From contig CAWGXL010000010.1 in NCBI GenBank assembly GCA_963826535.1, positions 42,814-106,813 of the forward strand: 64,000 nt of DNA, read 5' to 3'. The stretch's first letter is position 1, and each line of letters starts with the position of its first letter. Under the pieces are notes generated by a model that saw nothing but the letters and a program-made list of their open reading frames with translations, was not told where the DNA came from and searched no databases. The translations under genes and the position numbers were made by a program. This DNA is from an uncultured bacterium. Its GTDB lineage: Bacteria > Patescibacteriota > Microgenomatia > Levybacterales > UBA12049. Positions 57,448 through 64,000 of this stretch are shown here, piece by piece.

Positions 57448-58392
57448 ATGCCTCAGCAAATAAATAAATCAGCATTTCTTTTTCCCGGACAGGGATTATT
57501 GCCACATGATGTAATCGAATATTATTCCTTTCTTAAAACCAAAGACAAACTTAAAACCGAAAAATTTATTTCTACCCTCCAAACCAGTCTCGATGAAATT
57601 AACCTACAAGCCATGTTTAATGTAATTAAAATTTTAGAAAAAGAAACGGCATTGCAATGGAACCGGACCGATTTTGTACAGCCATTAACTTATACACTTA
57701 GTATTCTCACATACGAGTTGATGCGAGATAAGGGACAAAGCGACCCAAGTTACATGCTCGGACACAGCCTGGGCGCATTTTCAGCCCTTACAGCTGCAGG
57801 TTCGCTTCCATTTGAACGGGGATGCCGGATCGTTGCCGCCCGGGGCAAATTTATGCAAGAAGAAAGTGAGATGACCAATGAGGGTATGATCGCTGTTATC
57901 GGATTGACAGAAGATAAAATCAAAAATTTAAGTGAAAAAACCAAATCCGCAATAGCATTGATAAACGGCCCAACAGCCTTTGTCTTAGGCGCCCCAAGAG
58001 ATAGTTTCTCCCAAATTGAACAAGAAGCGGTACTTTTGGGAGCAAGTAAAACAATCCGTCTGGCTACATCCGGAGCTTTTCATACAGATGCAATGCTAGG
58101 AGCCTATAAAAAATTCAAAGGGTTTTTAGAACAAGACAAACTCCAAAAACCCCGTGTACCCGTTGTGGTCAATATGAAAGGCACTGCCTCTCTAGATCCC
58201 GACGAACTGAAGAACGACATTATTGAAAGCATAATAAATCCTATCAACTGGACGCGCATGATGGACTTTTTGAAAAGCAACTCTGTGGATTCATATATTG
58301 AAGTAGGTCCGGGAACCTCTTTAACCTCTTTGAGCCGGATAAACGGTGTCGAACGGGATAGAATATCACATGCGAGAACTATACTTGAATAA
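57448..58392 (+). CDS. fabD: Malonyl-CoA:ACP transacylase
   Basis: FLFPGQG N-terminus and GHSLGAFSALTAAG (GHSLGE-type nucleophile elbow). Confidence 0.8.
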   Translation: MPQQINKSAFLFPGQGLLPHDVIEYYSFLKTKDKLKTEKFISTLQTSLDEINLQAMFNVIKILEKETALQWNRTDFVQPLTYTLSILTYELMRDKGQSDPSYMLGHSLGAFSALTAAGSLPFERGCRIVAARGKFMQEESEMTNEGMIAVIGLTEDKIKNLSEKTKSAIALINGPTAFVLGAPRDSFSQIEQEAVLLGASKTIRLATSGAFHTDAMLGAYKKFKGFLEQDKLQKPRVPVVVNMKGTASLDPDELKNDIIESIINPINWTRMMDFLKSNSVDSYIEVGPGTSLTSLSRINGVERDRISHARTILE

Positions 58393-58425
58393 GATATTCT
58401 AGTATGTTAGCATGAGTCACACAAT

Positions 58426-59805
58426 ATGGATTGGACAAAGAACGGGGTCGATTTAACGGATAAAATTAAAGAGCTAAACATACAGTCAGGTGATAAACCA
58501 TCTGATACTGTTGTAATCACCGGATATGCCCAACTTACACCTTTGGGTAATACAACTGAAACCGAAAAAGCAGAATTCGCGGGTATTTCGGGAACGAAAA
58601 AATACGATGTCAAGAATTTTAGAAGCAATATCGCAGGCCCGATAAATTTCCGTCCGGAAGATCATTTTTCAGAAAAAGAATTAAGAGGTTTATCACGTAT
58701 AGGAGCTTTAGGAATTGTACTGGCCAAGGAGGCAGGCAAGATGGCTCTGGTATTAGATGATACAGGCAAATTAAAGAATGACTTTGACCCCCTCAAAGCA
58801 GGTTGTACTGTTAGTACCGGCATTGGCGCGCACTCGAAAATGGTTGACGTTTATGTAAAAATCCATTGGAAAACTGATCCAAATACCGGAAAAATGCAAC
58901 CTGCAGATCCGGTGGAAGGATCACGATTACTTTCTCCGTTTATTGGCCTTCAATTATTTCCTGAAGAACTGGGAGGTGACATTGAAGCGTCCCTCGGACT
59001 ACAGGGATGGGGCATAAATTCCGCTGAGGCTTGTGCCACCGGGCTGTCAAGTATAACAGACGCGTATCACCTAATAAAAACTGGGAAAAATGATATTGTA
59101 TTTGCGGGAGGTATAGAAGACGTTATATCTGAACGCCCGGATCTTTCTATAGGCGTCTTTGCTGCAATGAGAGGACCTCTATCCAGTAGGAATGATGAGC
59201 CGGAAAAAGCCAGCCGCCCGTTTGACCGCGACCGCGACGGTTTTGTTTTATCTGCCGGCGGTGGAGTCATTGTACTCGAAAGACTTGACTCGGCGCTCGC
59301 CAGAAAAGCTCCGATTTATGCCGTTGTGTTAAGTGCTGAAAAAGGAAGCGACGGATATAGTCCAACCAATCTCGAAACAAATCGTGTTGCGAAACTTATT
59401 CTTAAAACATTGAAATTACCGGAAGAAAAAAACCTGACATATCCGATTGATGCGATCTTCGCACACGCTACTGCAACCAAAGCAGGAGACCTGGCTGAAA
59501 TTACTACGCTCAGGACAGCTTTGGGTGATGATTATTTAAACAAAATTCCAATTACCGCCATCAAATCAATGCACGGACATTTGGCTGGAGGAGCAGGAGC
59601 AGTAAATGCGATCTCCGCTATCCGGGCGATTGAAAAAGGCTTTATTCCCCCGATTGTAAATCTGGACAACATTGACGAGCCCTTTAAAGATTTAAATTTA
59701 GTAAAAGGAAAAGCGCTAAAAGGAAATTTCAATACCGCACTAGTCCTAGCCTACGGCTTCCATGGGAAAGACGCGATAGTACTGCTTGGCAAATACCAAC
59801 CCTAG
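58426..59805 (+). CDS. fabF: Beta-ketoacyl-ACP synthase I/II-like condensing enzyme with ~100-aa N-terminal extension
   Basis: Active-site Cys region AEACATGLSSI and His motifs in MHGHLAGGAGAVNAISAI. Confidence 0.65.
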   Translation: MDWTKNGVDLTDKIKELNIQSGDKPSDTVVITGYAQLTPLGNTTETEKAEFAGISGTKKYDVKNFRSNIAGPINFRPEDHFSEKELRGLSRIGALGIVLAKEAGKMALVLDDTGKLKNDFDPLKAGCTVSTGIGAHSKMVDVYVKIHWKTDPNTGKMQPADPVEGSRLLSPFIGLQLFPEELGGDIEASLGLQGWGINSAEACATGLSSITDAYHLIKTGKNDIVFAGGIEDVISERPDLSIGVFAAMRGPLSSRNDEPEKASRPFDRDRDGFVLSAGGGVIVLERLDSALARKAPIYAVVLSAEKGSDGYSPTNLETNRVAKLILKTLKLPEEKNLTYPIDAIFAHATATKAGDLAEITTLRTALGDDYLNKIPITAIKSMHGHLAGGAGAVNAISAIRAIEKGFIPPIVNLDNIDEPFKDLNLVKGKALKGNFNTALVLAYGFHGKDAIVLLGKYQP

Positions 59806-60470
59806 TGAAGTGCAGAAATTGCTTCTTTTAAATTTTTAAATACTCCGTCTGCCTTAGAAAAATCCTGTTTTTGAGTAAATTCATTAGGTACAGCAAAACA
59901 AAATAAACCCGCTGATTTAGCTGCACTTACTCCGTATTGAGTATCTTCAAAAGCAATACATTTTTCAGGATTTAAACCAAGAGATTCAACTGTGGATAAA
60001 TATATATCGGGAAAGGGCTTACCTCGTTTAACATCACTTCCGGAAACAACAGTTTGAAATAAAGTTAATATTCCTGTTTTCTCCAATTTTAATCGAGTTT
60101 CATCTTTAGGACTGCCGCTCGCGCAGGCAACTTTGATTTTCTTTTTCAGAAAAAATTTTATTGCGTCTTTTGCATTAGGCATAAGCTGTATTTGTTTTGT
60201 ATTTATCCAATCAAACAATAGCTCTTCCTTTTTTAAATATAAAGTTTTCTCATCGATTTTTAAATTGAGGTCATGAATAAGTTCAGCTTCAATAATATCT
60301 CCACGTTTACCTGCATATAAAAAATATTGTTGTTTCGTTAGTGACTTACCATAGGGCTTTAATACCTCACGCCATCCCTGCCATTGGAAATATTCAGTAT
60401 CAACCAAAACCCCATCAACATCAAATACTGCCCCTTGCAGATTGCCTAGTTTTAATTCAGGATTTTTCAT
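59802..60470 (-). CDS. HAD-superfamily hydrolase (beta-phosphoglucomutase-like)
   Basis: Motif I AVFDVDGVLVDTE (DxDGxLxDT). Confidence 0.7.
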   Translation of the reverse strand: MKNPELKLGNLQGAVFDVDGVLVDTEYFQWQGWREVLKPYGKSLTKQQYFLYAGKRGDIIEAELIHDLNLKIDEKTLYLKKEELLFDWINTKQIQLMPNAKDAIKFFLKKKIKVACASGSPKDETRLKLEKTGILTLFQTVVSGSDVKRGKPFPDIYLSTVESLGLNPEKCIAFEDTQYGVSAAKSAGLFCFAVPNEFTQKQDFSKADGVFKNLKEAISALH

Positions 60471-60553
60471 AAATTTAATTATACAATATGTATGATAACT
60501 TTCATTAATTGCTTGTTGTTATTATCTAATTGTATCTATACAATAAGCAATAA

Positions 60554-61594
60554 ATGATAAAGGTAAGACAAGAGCATATTATCTATAGATACAAAAAGCA
60601 CAAAACCAAAAAAATTAAATCCAAAAATATTTATACGAGCCCTATACCACACTTCATATTTTTAGCAATTTTATTCTTCCTCATAATTTTTTCAGGAATT
60701 TATCCGTTCCATTCCGACAATATTGAAACCTCTGCAGAATTGTCTGAAATCACAACTTTACAGCCCCTTAATTCAATTATTTATAACAATAAAAAATCAA
60801 CCACTAAATTACCTTTATTCGCCAATATATTGTCAACCATGAGCGCATCTTTAAGTCCAAGACCGAAAATAAAACATGACTCTTTGCATATACCGGTTGC
60901 CCAAGCGCAAGCTAATACTTCAGATGATTATTGCTTAAATGTGCCCGTTTTACTTTATCATCATATTCAACCCTTATCGCTTGCCAGGGAATTAGGCCAC
61001 GCGCAATTTACCGTAGGTGACAATTATTTTGATATGCAGATGTCTTACCTTGCAGAAAACAATTATCACGCAATTTCAGCTGATGAGTTGGCATATGCCC
61101 TTATTCATCATACTTCGCTTCCACCAAAAAGCATAGTAATAACCATAGATGATGCTTATGATGATAACTATAAATACGCTTATCAGATTTTAAAAAAATA
61201 TTATTTAGCCGGAAATTTCATGATACCTACGGGTCTAATTGAAAATAAGGGCTATATGACTTGGGTTGAGCTAAAAGAGATGTCGGAAAATCCTCTTATA
61301 ACTATTTATAATCATACTTTATCCCATGCATATTTAGGAGGAGAAACAAGAGAAAAAATTGAATTTGAGATAACTTCAGCAAATAACCAACTTGAAAGCA
61401 ATTTGGGAAAATCCAGTAATATTTTTACCTATCCATATGGCTCATATAGTCCTCTGGCTATAGATGTATTAAAAAAGTTAGGCTTTGTAGCGGCATTTTC
61501 AACCCTCGACGGGACTATACAATGCGAATCATATATTTTTGCGCTTAAACGCCTTCACATCGGCAACGCCCCATTAAATTCATACGGGTTATAA
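60554..61594 (+). CDS. Polysaccharide deacetylase (NodB-homology) with N-terminal TM anchor
   Basis: NodB motifs ITIDDAYDD (TFDDG-like) and YNHTLSHAYL (H-x4-H metal site). Confidence 0.55.
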   Translation: MIKVRQEHIIYRYKKHKTKKIKSKNIYTSPIPHFIFLAILFFLIIFSGIYPFHSDNIETSAELSEITTLQPLNSIIYNNKKSTTKLPLFANILSTMSASLSPRPKIKHDSLHIPVAQAQANTSDDYCLNVPVLLYHHIQPLSLARELGHAQFTVGDNYFDMQMSYLAENNYHAISADELAYALIHHTSLPPKSIVITIDDAYDDNYKYAYQILKKYYLAGNFMIPTGLIENKGYMTWVELKEMSENPLITIYNHTLSHAYLGGETREKIEFEITSANNQLESNLGKSSNIFTYPYGSYSPLAIDVLKKLGFVAAFSTLDGTIQCESYIFALKRLHIGNAPLNSYGL

Positions 61595-61599
61595 TTTTT

Positions 61600-62412
61600 T
61601 TATTCCCTTTGACAAATGAAGGATATTTCGGTAAGCGTTTTTTCTTTTTCTTCCCTAGAAAGTGGAAGCAGGTCAAGTAAATTCGGATTCTCATGAATAT
61701 CTTTACATATAACGATGTGATTATTCAGCAAAGTTATTTTGTGTGTTTGCGCGAGCGTAGTGAGCATGGTTATGGGATGGAGGCGTGACTTTTCTATTAA
61801 ATCCCTAAGACTTCCTTCTTCAGGAAAGCTCCAGCTAATAATTTTAAGACCTGAGCATAGAGCATATGTATTGGCATCTATGGTAGTTTTGGTATTGGTG
61901 ACAAGCCAGGCCTCATCTAACAAATTTTTTTCCTTTACATCTTGAAACCTCGCATGTGTATATAAGGCCACGTGAACCTCGGAGCGTGTGCCAATGTTAT
62001 TATGAAATTTAGCTTCAATCATACTGGTTTTATTCTCTTTTTTAGCAATTACATCAATCTCGTGACTAATGCACTTTCCCATCAATATTTGTCTCACTTT
62101 TGTCTCGTAACCCAATGCTTGTAGAATTTTGGCAATAAAGTCCTCAAACGGATATCCTGTGGGACCAAGCATCATAATTGCTTCTTTAAGGCTATACCTC
62201 GTGCGATTATATGGATGTTCGGATTTTCCTAAGAATTCCAGTATATGTTGATAAATTTCTCTCGTCGGAATCCCGTCGTACAATTTACTTCTTACATGAA
62301 TTAATACCTCTGTTGACAAGCCTTGCGGAATCCTAGCTCTTTTAATCGAGCTCATAACTTTTACTTCATCGTATGGCTCCCTCTCGCCGTTGGCTTTGAG
62401 AACTTGCAGCAT
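61600..62412 (-). CDS. ATP-cone domain protein with C-terminal PD-(D/E)xK restriction-endonuclease-like domain
   Basis: N-terminal ATP-cone (VLKANGEREPYDEVKVMSSIKRA); C-terminal HEIDVIAKKENKTSMIEAKF fits a D...(E)xK nuclease core. Confidence 0.4.
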   Translation of the reverse strand: MLQVLKANGEREPYDEVKVMSSIKRARIPQGLSTEVLIHVRSKLYDGIPTREIYQHILEFLGKSEHPYNRTRYSLKEAIMMLGPTGYPFEDFIAKILQALGYETKVRQILMGKCISHEIDVIAKKENKTSMIEAKFHNNIGTRSEVHVALYTHARFQDVKEKNLLDEAWLVTNTKTTIDANTYALCSGLKIISWSFPEEGSLRDLIEKSRLHPITMLTTLAQTHKITLLNNHIVICKDIHENPNLLDLLPLSREEKEKTLTEISFICQRE

Positions 62413-62421
62413 TATATTATT

Positions 62422-63987
62422 TTATACCCCTTTTTTTCTAAAAACAATGAACTTATCCTTTTCTAAATCTATGTAATACTCATTATTTAGTTTAAGTTTT
62501 TCAACCATTTCTTTTTCCGCCTTTTCTGAGCCGGAGTTAGTCAATAAAAATATTACCATATCTGCTTCATTCATGCCTTGCGGAACAGTATATATTTGCG
62601 CGCGTTGCGCAAGGTGTGAGCCGACATTATTTGTCCCGGAGACACTGAAACTGTCTGGTATACCGGACAAATAATTATCAATTAAACTTTTATCATTTAC
62701 CGGCCTGGTAAACATATCCAAATTCGCAGCTTTTGCGCCGGGTAATGGCCCAAATAGATATGCACCAATTAATGAAAACGTCAAAAGATATATAACTAAG
62801 AACGCGTTAGTTAATCTCAGTTTTTTTCTCAATAAATTCAAGCCAAAAATTGCGGTTATGAAAATAAATGGGCTGATGGCCGATGTATATTGGTAATAAA
62901 TTTGGTGTAGTTGTTCATTATTGCTAAGAAGATTTATCAGTAAATCCGGCAGAGCAAAAAGTAGATTCAATGGCGCGAATATTGATAAAAAGCCAACCGG
63001 AAGAAAAAGTTGGTTGAGGTAAGACAAACGGCTTTGCTGGAATATTATTTCAACTATCTTTTGCGGTGAAAAAATAATAGTTTTTAATATATTCCCCGGC
63101 GAGTCGCCAAATTCGCTGTAATAATCCAGGGCAAAATGTTGCGACCCAAGAGCATTTGGAATCGCGTGCCAAATTAGAAAATAAAACATTAAAGAAGAAA
63201 CTGCAAAAATAGTCAATCCAAATATTTTTTTGCGCTGAAAGAAAAAAATGAATATGCCAAAAAGAGCTATGACCGCCCATATCTGTTCTTTTGTAATGGC
63301 TGCAAGTATTGCGAATAACAGGAAGAATAAATATTTTTTCCTGCGGTAAAAATAGTAGGTTCCCAACAAAAAAAATGTCGCCAATGTTACAGGATGGAAA
63401 TCGTATAGATTTGCCCGCTCAATACTCGGATTTATTAAGTACATAAATGAAAATATCAAAGCCAAATTTTTATTTTTTAATATATCGCGTGCTAATAGAA
63501 AAACAAAAAAAGCCCCTCCGGCAACTACAATAGTTTGTATAAGCAGTAATATTTTTGGATTTTCCCAAATATAATAAAACGGAGCCAACAAGATAAGAAT
63601 GAAGTCAGAGTGAAATGCGAGTCTTGATATTGTTTCAGTTGCATTAGGATTTGTAAATTCAAAGATTCTTCCCTGGCTTGTATTCCAGACCGTCTGAGCC
63701 ATATTTCCCAAGTCGAATCTGCCGGTATAAAAATTGTCATAACGAAGGAAACTGGTTATCGTGAAGTATATGCAATATAGTAGAAATAAACAGAAAAGGA
63801 TAGTTTCCTGTTTATGACCCGATATCCATTTTTCTAATTCTACAAATTTTTTGGAGGTGATTTTTGACCAGATAATTGTTATTGCTATAAATATTAACTC
63901 GGCCAAAATCAAGATAATTCTCCCGAAAAGCGACACGAAAGCTGCCGGACTGGAAGACAAAATTTTTGCCAGCCCAATTGTTACCAC
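62422..63987 (-). CDS. Large polytopic membrane protein (DUF2079-like / possible glycosyltransferase-like)
   Basis: More than 10 hydrophobic segments; 521 aa; family assignment tentative. Confidence 0.35.
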   Translation of the reverse strand: MVTIGLAKILSSSPAAFVSLFGRIILILAELIFIAITIIWSKITSKKFVELEKWISGHKQETILFCLFLLYCIYFTITSFLRYDNFYTGRFDLGNMAQTVWNTSQGRIFEFTNPNATETISRLAFHSDFILILLAPFYYIWENPKILLLIQTIVVAGGAFFVFLLARDILKNKNLALIFSFMYLINPSIERANLYDFHPVTLATFFLLGTYYFYRRKKYLFFLLFAILAAITKEQIWAVIALFGIFIFFFQRKKIFGLTIFAVSSLMFYFLIWHAIPNALGSQHFALDYYSEFGDSPGNILKTIIFSPQKIVEIIFQQSRLSYLNQLFLPVGFLSIFAPLNLLFALPDLLINLLSNNEQLHQIYYQYTSAISPFIFITAIFGLNLLRKKLRLTNAFLVIYLLTFSLIGAYLFGPLPGAKAANLDMFTRPVNDKSLIDNYLSGIPDSFSVSGTNNVGSHLAQRAQIYTVPQGMNEADMVIFLLTNSGSEKAEKEMVEKLKLNNEYYIDLEKDKFIVFRKKGV

Positions 63988-64000
63988 TCCCTCTCGTACT

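Noticed and set aside
1-64000. CRISPR array
   Set aside because: No run of regularly spaced identical direct repeats was seen. The repeated elements present are palindromic MITE-like units at irregular, gene-end positions.

Overview
This window is a low-GC (~38-40%), gene-dense bacterial chromosome segment that looks like an uncultivated, possibly streamlined lineage. tRNAs lack an encoded CCA, genes are tightly packed or overlapping, and several starts are non-ATG.

Housekeeping genes I can support are guaA, an IMPDH-family gene, prfB (RF2, no frameshift), tkt, an aquaporin, secG, uvrC, uvrA, eno, murI and a LexA-like repressor. There is also a tRNA/rpmG cluster (Thr-Tyr-Thr-L33-Trp) with an IS481-like insertion next to it. 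A lipid/carboxylase locus encodes BirA, a BCCP-like protein, a fused biotin carboxylase-carboxyltransferase, FabH-like, an SDR-hotdog fusion, an archaeal-type PEP carboxylase, FabD, FabF-like, FabG and two PlsC-like acyltransferases. Two HicAB toxin-antitoxin pairs and an archaeal-style PPAT-DPCK fusion are also present.

The strongest candidate for something new is a compact plus-strand operon at 3567-9827. It encodes a VirD4/TraG/HerA-like P-loop ATPase, a double zinc-ribbon protein and four tandem paralogous ~300-aa proteins. These paralogs are about 12% Cys, have an internal duplication, repeated C-x2-C motifs and an invariant C-terminal tail ...IKKELGW. I could not place this family.

The second striking feature is mobile repeat DNA inside coding sequence. 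A family of ~100-135 bp MITE-like elements (TIR TGTCATTCC.../...GGATGACA) occupies most of the intergenic spacers, and one copy is inserted in-frame inside uvrC. A ~50 bp nested palindrome (AAATCCCCC...CCCCCTTTATTAAAGGGGG...GGGGGATTT) is inserted in-frame in both uvrC and uvrA, adding 'TPFNKGG' to each protein, with a third copy intergenic. This resembles Rickettsia palindromic elements.
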